From Octopus sinensis (lineage: Eukaryota): a stretch of DNA of 64,000 nt. The stretch spans positions 17,670,001 to 17,734,000 of the forward strand of contig NC_043022.1 of NCBI RefSeq assembly GCF_006345805.1, in the 5' to 3' direction. The translations under genes and the position numbers were made by a program. Below, one piece after another: positions 23,101-33,206 of this stretch (its first letter is position 1; the number at the start of each line of letters is the position of its first letter). The notes beneath the pieces are model-generated. The model had not been told where the DNA came from. It saw nothing but the letters and a program-made list of their open reading frames with translations, and made no database searches.

Positions 23101-26100
23101 CATTGCTCCCGGGCCAAGGCTCCCGGGCCAAGGCTCCCGTGCCAAGGATCCCGAGCCAAGGCTCCTGTGCCAAGGATCCCTGGCCATGGCTCCCGGGCCA
23201 AGGCTCCTGTGCCAAGGCTCCCGTGCCAAGGCTCCCGGGCCAAGGCTCCCGTGCCAAGGCTCCTGTGCCAAGGCTCCGTGCCAGGCTCCCGTGCCAAGTT
23301 CCCGTGCCAAGGCTCCCGTATCAAGGCTCCCGGCCAAGGCTCCCGTGCCAAGGCTCCCGTTCCAAGGCTCCCGTGCCAAGACTCCCATGCCAAGGCTTCC
23401 GTGCCAAGGCTCCCGGGCCAAGGCTCCCGTGCCAAGGCTCACGGGCCAAGGCTCCGTGCCAAGGCTCCCGTGCCAAGGCTCCTGCCAAGGCTCCCGGGCC
23501 AAGGCTCCCGTGCCAAGACTCCCGTGCCAAGGCTCCCAGGCCAAGGCTCCCGTGCCAAGGCTCCCGTGCCAAGTTCCCGTGCCAAGGCTCCCGTATCAAG
23601 GCTCCCGGGCCAAGGCTCCCGTGCAAGGCTCCCGTGCCAAGGCTCCGGCCAAGGCTCCCGTCCAAGGCTCCCGTGCCAAGGCTCCCGTGCCAAGGCTCCC
23701 GGGCCAAGGCTCCCGTGCCAAGGCCCCGGGCCAAGGCTCCCGTGCCAGGGATCCCGAGCAAAGGCTCCTGTGCCAAGGATCCCGGGCCAAGGCTCCTGTG
23801 CCAAGGCTCCCGGGCCAAGGCTCCCGTGCCAAGGCTCCCGTGCCAAGGTTCCCGGGCCAGGCTCCCGTGCCAAGGCTCCCGTGCCAAGGCTCCTGTGCCA
23901 AGGCTCCTGTTCCAAGGCTCCCGGGCCAAGTTCCCGTGCCAAGGCTCCCGTACCAAGGCTCCCGGGCGAAGGCTCCCGTGCCAAGGCTCCTGTTCCAAGG
24001 CTCCCATGCCAAGGCTCCCGTGCCAAGGCTCCGGGCCAAGGCTCCCGTGCCAAGGCTCCCGGGCCAAGGCTCCGTGCCAAGCTCCCGTGCCAAGGCTCCC
24101 GGCCAAGGCTCCCGGGCAAAGGCTCCCGGGCCAAGGCTCCCGTCTCAAGGATTCCGATCCAAGGCTCCCGTGCCAAGGCTCCCGGGCCAAAGCTCCCGTG
24201 CCAAGGCTCCCGGGCCAAGGCTCCCGGGCCAAGGCTCCGTGCCAAGGCTCCTGGGCCAAGGCTCCCGTGCCAAGGTTCCCGTGCCAAGGCTCCCGTGCCA
24301 AGGCTCCCGTGCCAAGGCTCCCGTCCAAGGCTCCCGTACCAAGGCTCCCGTGCCAAGGCTCCCATGCCAGGCTCCCGTGCCAAGGATCCCGGCCAAGGCT
24401 CCCGTGCCAAGGCTCCCGGGCCAAGGCTCCCGGGCCAAGGCTCCCGTGCCAAGGATCCCGAGCCAAGGCTCCCGTGCCAAGGCTCCGGGCCAAGGCTCCC
24501 GGGCAAGGCTCCCGTGCCAGGCTCCCGTGCCAAGGCTCCCGGCCAAGGCTCCCGGGCCAAGGCTCCCGTGCCAAGGCCCGTGCCAAGGCTCCCGTTCCAA
24601 GGCTCCCATGCCAAGGCTCCTGTGCCAAGGCTCCCAGGCCAAGGCTCCCGTGCCAAGACTCCCGTGCCAAGGCTCCCAGGCCAAGGCTCCCGTGCCAGGC
24701 TCCCGGGCCAAGTTCCGTGCCAAGGCTCCCGTACGAAGGCTCCCGGGCCATGGCTCCCGTGCCAAGTCTCCCGGGCCAAGGCTCCCGTGCCAAGGCTCCC
24801 GTGCCAAGGCTCCCTGCCAAGGCTCCCAGCCAAGGCTCCCGTGCCAAGGCTCCCGTGCCAAGGATCCTGTGCCAAGGCTCCCGTTCCAAGGCTCCGAGCC
24901 AAGGCTCCCGTGCCAAGGCTCCGTGCCAAGGCTCCCGTGCCAAGGCTCCCGTTCCAAGGCTCCCGTGCTAAGGCTCCCGTGCCAAGGCTCCCGGGCCAAG
25001 GTCCCGTGCCAAGGCTCCTGGGCCAAGGCTCCCGTGCCAAGGCTCCGTGCCAAGGCTCCCAGGCCAAGGCTCCCGTGCCAAGGCTCCCGTGCCAAGGATC
25101 CTGTGCCAAGGCTCCCGTTCCAAGGCTCCCGAGCCAAGGCTCCCGTGCCAAGGCTCCGTGCCAAGGCTCCCGTGCCAAGGCTCCCGTTCTAAGGCTCCCG
25201 TGCTAAGGCTCCCGTGCCAAGGCTCCCGGGCCAAGGTGCCGTGCCAAGGCTCCTGGGCCAAGGCTCCCGTGCCAAGGCTCCCGTGCCAAGGCTCCCATGC
25301 CAAGGCTCCCGTGCCAAGGATCCCGGGCCAAGGCTCCCGTGCCAAGGCTCCCGTGCCAAGGCTCCCGGGCCAAGGCTCCCGTGCCAAGGCTCCCGTGCCA
25401 AGGCTCCTGTGCCAAGGCTCCCAGGCCAAGGCTCCCGTGCCAAGACTCCCGAGCCAAGGCTCCCGTGCCAAGCTCCCGTTCTAAGGCTCCCGTGCCAAGG
25501 CTCCCGTGCCAAGGCTCCCGTGCCAAGGCTCCCGTGCCAGGCTCCCGGGCCAAGTTCCCGTGCCAAGGCTCCCGTATCAAGGCTCCCGGGCCAAGGCTCC
25601 CGTGCCAAGGCTCCCGTTCCAAGGCTCCCATGCCAAGGCTCCCGTGCCAAGGCTCCCGGGCCAAGGCTCCCGTGCCAAGGCTCACGGGCCAAGGCTCCGG
25701 TGCCAAGGCTCCCGTGCCAAGGCTCCCATGCCAAGGCTCCCGGGCCAAGGCTCCCGTGCCAAGACTCCCGTGCCAAGGCTCCCAGGCCAGGCTCCCGTGC
25801 CAAGGCCCGTGCCAAGGCTCCCGTACCAAGGATCCGTGCCAAGGCTCCCGTATCAAGGCTCCGGGCCAAGGCTCCTGTGCCAAGGCTCCCGTTCCAAGGC
25901 TCCCATGCCAAGGCTCCCGTGCCAAGGCTCCCGGGCCAAGGCTCCCGTGCCAAGGCTCACGGGCCAAGGCTCCCGTGCCAAGGCTCCCGTGCCAAGGCTC
26001 CCATGCCAAGGCTCCCGGGCCAAGGCTCCCGTGCCAAGACTCCCGTGCCAAGGCTCCCGTGCCAAGGTTCCCGTGCCAAGGCTCCCGTGCCAAGGCTCCT

Positions 26101-26256
26101 GTGCCAAGGCTTCCGGGCCAAGGCTCCCGTGCCAAGGCTTCCGGGCCAAGGCTCCCGTGCCAAGGCTCCCGTGCCAAGGCTCCCGTGCCAAGGCTCCCGG
26201 GCCAAGGCTCCCTGGCCAAGGCTCCCGTACCAAGGATCCCGTGCCAAGGCTCCCGT
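11144..26256. repeat. GC-rich 14-bp satellite/minisatellite array, consensus CCAAGGCTCCCGTG, ~15.1 kb, ~1080 monomers
   Basis: Direct reading of uninterrupted head-to-tail monomers with recurrent variants (cccggg, cccgag, cccatg, cctgtg, ggatcc). Sharp junctions at 11144 and 26256. Confidence 0.98.
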
Positions 26257-26830
26257 TTCTTCTTCCAGATAGAATGTAAAAATCTTGCTAGACTCTAGAC
26301 GGTTCGGGCAGATTTTGTAAACTCCATATGTGGTACCAGATGGCCCTGGGGCAGATTCTGGTTGAGCTTTTATCACCACTATCTTGATTTCGTTGATAGT
26401 GAATTTTGACATGTTGAAAGGCGTTTGAGGTCTGAGCGTTGGCTGGGAAAGAACAATTTCTCAATGGAATATTTCTTCAGGGGTCACCGTGCTTTCTGCT
26501 GCACTGTTCGCTACCGCTTCCATGGAACATAGCCACTTGCTTTTTGGTTTTCTGAGATGGTCAGCTGTGGACTAGAAGAAATTGTTTTAAAAGGCTTTCA
26601 AGGCATTCGCCCAGCCTCTCTCTTTTTCTGGAATTATTCTTACACATGAAGCTGGAGCAGGTTTCTTCATAATTCAGAGCTAAGCTCATTACCTGCTTCT
26701 TTTGAACTTTGCTTCATCTGTCTTAACTCTTTTCTCAATTCTACAATCTGACATTGCCCCACCTACCCCGGGACCAATAACCATCGTCGATCTGGTCAGA
26801 TACAATTCTACAATTTAATTATAAGTAACA
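26257..26830 (-). mobile_element. Decayed HERO-like retrotransposon, pre-RT region and RT N-terminus (same element as 10330-11143)
   Basis: Minus strand IVELRKELRQMKQ, HGDP*R, PQTPFNMSKFTINEIKIVVIKAQPESAPGPSGTTYGVYKICP, then IWKKK at the satellite junction. Matches KARxxSAPGPSGxxYxVYKxCP. Confidence 0.82.
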
Positions 26831-27492
26831 GTAGAATTTGAGCTCATTTCATTTGACTATACTCCTGGAAAGCGCAAAAGTGGGAGGCTTCTTCGTTTTG
26901 TGCTTACAACTGAAAATAATGATGTTTCTGTCAGTGATGTGTGAACATTAAACCATGCAGTTGCCCACTTTTCCATCTTCCATGGCTATAGTCAGATGAA
27001 ATTGCTCCCGCTAAAGCATGCTCGCAGGTTGAAAGGGTTAAGCGAAATTATTTGCAACAAAAATGTCTGTTAATTTGAAGTAAAAGTCTTTTTCCCCAAT
27101 GTTATCTGGGACTACCTTTTTAACACAGTAAGATATGAGTTGACTGCTGTTTCTAGCGGGTTCTTAATTAGCTCACTGTGATTAATGTTGTTCATTATGT
27201 TAAAAAATAATTAAATTACTAAGGTTAATTATTCCGAGATGCCATTCCAATGAAATGCCATAGTTAAGTTGATGTTCATATGTTCACGACAACATTGCTT
27301 TAATTATGAAACCTCATCAGCGAATCCGTGACAAATACAAAATTGGCGGAAAACGAAACAGTTTGCTCTCCACTAAAGAAGGTACAAAATACAAGCATCG
27401 TGGTTAATTGATATTTTCATCTTTCGTCTCAAATGTTTTTAATTGTTTTCATTTAACGAAACATCGTTGTTGTTTCTAAATATCTAGTAATC

Positions 27493-27619
27493 ATGGGGAA
27501 ACGATATTACTGTGACTTTTGCGATAAATCTTTCGCAGATCTACCGAACAACAGGAAAAAACATATAAATGGAAGTCTTCACCAAAGGATGAGAAAGCAA
27601 CATTATGATGCGTTCAGAG
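27493..27619 (+). CDS. ZMAT5: Zinc finger matrin-type protein 5 (U11/U12 snRNP 20K), coding exon 1
   Basis: MGKRYYCDFCDKSFADLPNNRKKHINGSLHQRMRKQHYDAFR is a U1-like matrin C2H2 finger closely matching the ZMAT5 N-terminus. Phase-1 donor AG|gtttcg at 27620. Confidence 0.95.
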
Positions 27620-28882
27620 GTTTCGTTTTTGATTTTTATTCATCCGTTTCCCTTAATCCCTTAATCCCTTATATATTTCGCATAACAAACTTATAACTTC
27701 CCCCGAAACTGCTGGCCTTGTGCCAAAATTTGAAAGCACCATTTTGTATAAATGTGTTGTTGTTTTACATCGAAGTGGTGGGGCAAAATGAGTAACTTCT
27801 GATTTCTTGTTATTTTTCCCCTGTTTGTTTGAAATCATTACATTTGCAAGTATTGCATCATTATATTGTGCTCTTGCATTATTTTGAAGAGTAAATATTA
27901 GTCAGCATAATTGATGTTGAAGTTGAGAGAGTCCGAAACAGTCAGGTGGCAGGCCCACTTTTTTCAAAAACTTTTCCCTCAAATTTGGCCGATTGTACTT
28001 GAGGTTGCTAATAAAATATCTGGATAATTTTTGGTGTTTAACAATCAATATTCTTTTCTCTATTGGATTCCAAGCCAACCCCCCCCCCCCACTAATATCT
28101 AGTTTGATCATTTTCAAGTTTCAAAACATGATGTCTAAAACGGGGTAAAATGAGTAATGTCTAATTACAATAATTTCTTTTAACTGCATGGTACATGAAT
28201 CTATCGGTAAGACTCTCCAGCAAATCGTGAAGACGATACAGAGAATAGTCGATGCTGAGTTTGTTTTTCTTTTAGTCGAATTTAGTTAATTTCATATAAT
28301 GTGCCGTTTTTCCCTGATCCTCTTTCATTGACCTAGATATTTAATTTAATTTAATTTTTTTTGTTTGTTTTTTTTTGCATTTCTCATCTTTCTGATGTCT
28401 AGGGATAGGTATTGATGTGTATGAAGCTGTTTTCTGGAGAATTGAAGCGGCAAATTCACATTATCTTGTCTTACTCATTTTGCCCCAGTCAAATCCGTCT
28501 TTTATATGTTCAAAGACAACGGCAATAATTTTTTGAAATAGTGATCAGATTGTTATAATGCATTCAGGGAAGACCATTTGCTTAGCTGATATAATTTTTG
28601 GAAGCTAGTATACATATGCAAATAATATATTTTGTCTCAGCCAAAATGCAGTAAAAACATCTTTTGCCCCACCCCCTATATGTAGATGTAGTTCATTCCA
28701 TCGAAGTATATATCTTTATATAGTGACGGAAATGAGTTGGAAATCATTTAGAAAGAACTACAGATTATTTTAGGCTTAAATACTTGCATGCTTTGGTGTA
28801 GTTGAGATAACAAATGAGGTAGATGGCTGGATTGTTATATTTTTAAAATTTTATGTTATATTTCAATTTGAACATGGAACAG

Positions 28883-28945
28883 ATGCAGAAAGTATTCTAG
28901 CAGAAGAAGCTCATAAAATACCTTGCAAACAACTTTTGAGAACAG
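28883..28945 (+). CDS. ZMAT5: ZMAT5 coding exon 2
   Basis: acag|AT GCA... gives DAESILAEEAHKIPCKQLLRT (human [21 protein letters not shown]). Donor AG|gtaatt; 63 nt, phase 1-1. Confidence 0.92.
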
Positions 28946-29489
28946 GTAATTGTATTTTGCTCTTGCTAAATAGTATAATACTGTCTTGTATAAAATTTGT
29001 GTGTGTGAATATTCTGATCAGTAAGACACCTGCTTCTGACCCTCTCTCACACTTTACCCTATTGACACTTGGCACAAAGCTACCACTTCCCTTTAATGTA
29101 ACCCTGCCAAAGGGTCTTGTCTTGCGATTAAATACTTGTGCTATAAGGAAAGCACCCATTCTGTAAAGTGGTTGGTGTTTGGAAGGGCATTGAGCCATAG
29201 AAACCATGCCAAAACAGACGTTGGAGCTCATTGCTGTCCACTGGCTTGTCGGATCTTATGGCCAGCATGGGATACAGTCATTAAATAATAATGATGATGA
29301 TTGATGATATATATATGTATTAATTTCGGCTCAGGCATGGCTGTGTGGTTTCAGGTTCAGTCCCACTGCATGGCACTTTGGACAAGTTTCTTGCTATAGT
29401 GTCTGGCTGACAAAAGCCTTGTCAGTAGATTTGGTTAGACAGAAACAAGTGAAAGATGCCTGTTTTATATTTATATATCATCCTCATTG

Positions 29490-30240
29490 TTTAACGTCTG
29501 TTTTCCGTGCTGGCATGGGTTGGACGGTTTGACTGCAGTCTGAAAAGCCAGTGGCTGCACCAGGCTCCAATCTGATCTGGCAATGTTTCTACAGCTGGGT
29601 TTCAGCTAAGTTAACCCTAAAGCCCTTCAATTCTGGTCCTTGCTTCCACACGCTAAACTTCGTCTCTAGTTCTAGCAGTGACTCAGCTATTAGAGCAAGG
29701 TCATCAGCATAGAGGAGCTCCCAGGAGCAGCTTGTCTTGAATTCCTTTGTTATTGCCTGGTAGACTATGATGAATAAGAGGGGGCTGAGGACTGATCCTT
29801 CGTGAACCCTTACTTCTACCTGAAATTCTTCACTAGTTGCCAACCCTCACCTTACTAATAGCATCCCTGTATAGGGCTTGTACAGCTCTTACCAACCACT
29901 CATCTATCCCCAGTTTCTGTATTGACCACCAGATAAGGGATCAGGGAGACTCTGTCAAAGGCTTTCTCCAAGTCAGCAAAAGACAAGTACAGAGGTTTAT
30001 CTTTGGCTAGATATTTCTCCTGCAGCTGTTTTACCAGAAATATAGCATCCGTAGTGCTTCCGCAAATTGCATCTCATCTAGGCTACCTCTCTCCCTATGG
30101 ACTATGACCCTCTCTGTAACTTTCATCACCTGATCCAATAATTTGATACCCCTGTAGTTATTTCTATCTAAAGCATCACCTTTACCTTTGTAGCAGTTGA
30201 CTATGGTGCTACTACACCAGTCATTGGGTATGACTCCTTC
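29490..30240 (-). mobile_element. RTE-like LINE RT fragments plus 3' tail in ZMAT5 intron 2
   Basis: IPNDWCSSTIVNCYKGKGDALDRNNYRGIKLLDQVMKV; VHEGSVLSPLLFIIV; WELLYADDLALIAES. Confidence 0.88.
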
Positions 30241-30249
30241 ATATATATA

Positions 30250-31480
30250 TATAGGGCATGGTGAATAAACTGTCATCTAAATTACACAAAATTGAAAATA
30301 ACACTGACATCTCATTTTAACATATATTTACCAAAATTACTTTAAAATGTCTTGAAATACTAAAGAGTAAATTTATTCAATAAAATCACCATTGGCCTCG
30401 ACCATGGCCTCCAGACAACTTTGGAATCTCCTGCAACTCTTCTGGACAGTCTCCTTTAAGTTGGTGAATGCTGCCATAATCCTTGCCTTCATCCTTGGTG
30501 TTACAAGGAGTTTTGTTGGTCTCTCACTCAACTGCACCCTACACAAAATATTCAAGGTGTTGTTTAAGACCTGTTGAGGCAAGTGAAATCGAAATCAAAT
30601 TCAATGACTGGCATCCGTGCTAGCGGAGCACAAAGAGCACCATCCAAGCATGATCGTTGCCAGAGCAGCTAACTGGCTTTCGTGCCAGTGGCACATAAAA
30701 AGCACCATTCGAGTGTGATTGTTACCAGTGTCGCCTTACTGGCTCCTGTGCAGGTGGCATGTGAAAAACACCATTTAAGTGTGGCCATGCCAATACCACC
30801 TGACTGGCCTTCATGTCGGTGGTACGTAAAAGCACCCACTACACTCTGAGAGTGGTTGGAGTTAGGAAGGGCATCCAGCTGTAGAAACTCTGCCAGATCA
30901 AGATTGGAGCCTGATGCAGCCACCTGGTTCGCCAGTCCTCTGTCAAATCGTCCAACCCATGCTAGCATGGAAAGCAGATGTTAAACGATGATGATGATGT
31001 TGCAGTGTGGGGAGTTATATGGCCAGATGTTAGGGATGATGTGGTCACAGAAATTGTCTGACAGCCATGACTGGGGTCTCCTGCTTGTGTGGCATAGTAC
31101 AAAGTCCTGTTGCTTGACATAAAGTCTTCCAGCAGCCACCTTCTTGACCCAGGGCAGCACTACCTCCTCCAGGCACTTGATGTAGGCCTCTGTGTTGAGT
31201 TTGAAGCTGTGTGGGAAGATGAATGGAGGCATAATGTCACCATCATTAGTGATCACTCCAAACACCATGATGTTGACTGGATGTTTGATTTTTGTCACTC
31301 TCAGCACATGTCCTCAGATTGAAACCCAAACACTCTGAAATGTTTGTATTAGAGCTTCCAGCGCAAATGCCAAGCAATACAGCATGTCGTTTCCAATTTT
31401 CTAGCAGAGGGAATTGTGTCATGGTGCTATATTTCTCACAGATGGTGCCCAACTGACCCTACTATGCTGTGTAGTTGACA
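30250..31480 (-). mobile_element. Decayed Tc1/mariner-superfamily (maT/DD37D-like) transposase, interrupted by an RTE 3' tail
   Basis: KHPVNIMVFGVITNDG..YIKCLEEVVLPWV..QQD..CHTS..WPYNSP (30995-31310) and C-terminal KARIMAAF..CRRFQSCLEAMVEANGDFIE (30373-30560). Confidence 0.8.
30600..30990 (+). mobile_element. RTE LINE 3' tail (very abundant family) inserted in the transposase remnant
   Basis: Hallmark gagtggttgg..ttaggaagggcatccagctgtagaaac...ccaacccatgctagcatggaaa...(gat)n. Related copies at about 8330, 29130, 33960, 40250, 41120, 44340, 48180, 48600, 57270, 60170 and 63600. Confidence 0.8.
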
Positions 31481-31807
31481 AAATCAAAAACAAACAGTGC
31501 GCATGCGTTAAATTAAAATATATATATACAATACATGTATAGCATCATAGTTTTACATTTCTTTTCCATATATGTATGTATGTTAGTGTGTGTATTTGTG
31601 TCTCCTTGTCTTGACATCATCCTACCTTCATTGTCAGCAAACATAAGCATCATACAGGCTATATCGTTAATTTGTAATTTTCCATTAATCCATTCCTGAC
31701 CATTGTTTGAAGGAGTAAGGAAAATTAAAAAGACCATAGTAAGCATGCTGTAAAGAAGCTAAACAAGACTTTATTTTTATTTTTGTTTTACTTTGTTTTT
31801 CTTTTAG

Positions 31808-31882
31808 GAACATGCAATTTTGGCCCAAATTGTCGATTTTCTCATTTAACTGCTGATACACGCTTAGAGTTGGAAATGGAGA
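31808..31882 (+). CDS. ZMAT5: ZMAT5 coding exon 3 (completes CCCH finger)
   Basis: cttttag|GA ACA TGC gives GTCNFGPNCRFSHLTADTRLELEME (human GQCDFGSNCRFSHM). Donor A|gtaagt; 75 nt. Confidence 0.93.
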
Positions 31883-32039
31883 GTAAGTGTAACCTTGTGA
31901 TATTCTTCAGATGCTTGCAGATGGCAGAATAATTGGTATCAGAGAAAGAAAAAAAACCTTGCAATATTTTATTCCATCCCTTTGCAAAGTAGCAAGCTGG
32001 TAAAATCATTTCATTAACTGGCATTTTCCTTGGTGTTCT

Positions 32040-32260
32040 AATATTTCTGCCAGAATAATCCTTTCTTCTGTAGGCATTAGGCCTGAAATTTTGTGGGGAA
32101 AAGGATAGAGCCAATTAGACCCTAGTACTTCATTGGTACTTTATTTTATCAATCTGAAAAGGATGAAAGGCAAAGTTGACCCCAGTGAAAATTGAACTCC
32201 CAACATAAAGGCAGACAAAATTCCACTAAGCATTTTGACCAGTATGCTAACGATTCTGCC
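32040..32260 (-). mobile_element. tRNA-derived SINE
   Basis: Reverse complement carries A/B-box-like head (gagctggcagaatcgttagc..gagttcaattt) and body ctttgcctttcatcc. Same family as 44110-44320 and 59734-59955. Confidence 0.7.
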
Positions 32261-32641
32261 AGCTCACTACTAATGATTATAGTAACTGGGTGTTAAGTAT
32301 CATGGAAAGAGATTCTGTGATCTTTGACAAGAGGTTGCAGTCCACTCTTACAAAATTAATCCAAACAAGTAAAATTGAAAGCTCTGAGAAGTAAAATAGG
32401 AAATAATAATAATAATAATTTCTTACATAAGCACTAGATCAGTAATTTGGGGTTATAGGGAACAGTCAATTACATTGACCCCCAGTACTTGAATGGTATT
32501 TTATTTCATCAACCCCAGAGGGAGAAAGGTAAGGTGGGGTGTCATTTCAGAATGTAAAAAGTCGTAGCTAAAAACTGCCTCATGTTTTTCCCTTTACTCT
32601 ACCAATAATAATAATATGTGCAACGTTTTTGTTTCCAAATT

Positions 32642-32860
32642 TTAACCCTTCAGTATCTAAACCAGCTGTATTTGGGCAAAATAGTCTCCCTGTTTTATGG
32701 CCAGATCCAACCTCTCACACCTACCCTACAATGTTAGTCTAAAAAAATATATAGGAACATAATTGAAATGTCAAGGCTACAAGATGATGCAGAATAAATT
32801 CAAAACAATGTGAATAAATAAGCATTACATTTGATAGTTATTTCAATGCTAAAGGATTAA
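32642..32860. mobile_element. TTAA-flanked MITE (piggyBac-like ends)
   Basis: Begins ttaacccttcag and ends atgctaaaggattaa. Internal sequence is homologous to 50565-50908. Confidence 0.6.
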
Positions 32861-32961
32861 AGAATTTTGGGTAATTAAAAAAATTTTTTTAATTTCTTTT
32901 TTCATTTTAAAAATTTGGTGATCAAACAATGTCCTTATTTTCTCTTATTTCCCATTTACAG

Positions 32962-33206
32962 TTTGGGCAAAGAAAGAAGAAGCGAAACAGAAACTTCTAG
33001 AACGAAAGAGATCAGCAATTGCTCCTACTTTTGAAGATTGGTTAGAGAAAAGGGCCAAACGCCCAAAGAAAAAAGTACTGCCAACAATGGCCCTTCCTGA
33101 GTGGACTCTACCCCCTCAACTACTCTACTTACCTTCAATCCCATTATCATTACAGCCTCCCCAAGTGGAAGATTTTAAGAGCATACCTCGCATAGACTGG
33201 GGTTGA
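32962..33206 (+). CDS. ZMAT5: ZMAT5 terminal coding exon 4
   Basis: cccatttacag|TT TGG gives IWAKKEEAKQKLLERKRSAIAPTFEDWLEKRAKRP...PRIDWG*, with conserved EDWLEKRAKR and terminal WG. Exons sum to 510 nt (169 aa). Confidence 0.93.

Noticed and set aside
11144-26256. CRISPR-like or phage/bacterial contaminant origin of the GC-rich block
   Set aside because: There are no spacers, and both junctions are continuous with a host retrotransposon remnant.
11144-26256. Array as ~1000 NR5A/FTZ-F1 sites (CCAAGGCT) or as a G-quadruplex array
   Set aside because: The monomer matches only the YCAAGGY core, not YCAAGGYCR. G3 runs on the minus strand are 11 nt apart, beyond the canonical loop length. There is no supporting evidence in the sequence.
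11026-26412. Dozens of 60-1647 aa ORFs (PRLPCQGSRAKAPV / REPWHGSLGTGALA repeats) as a giant repetitive protein gene
   Set aside because: The 14-bp period is not a multiple of 3, all six frames are open, and frameshifting variants are tolerated. There is no evidence of codon-level constraint, so these are satellite artefacts.
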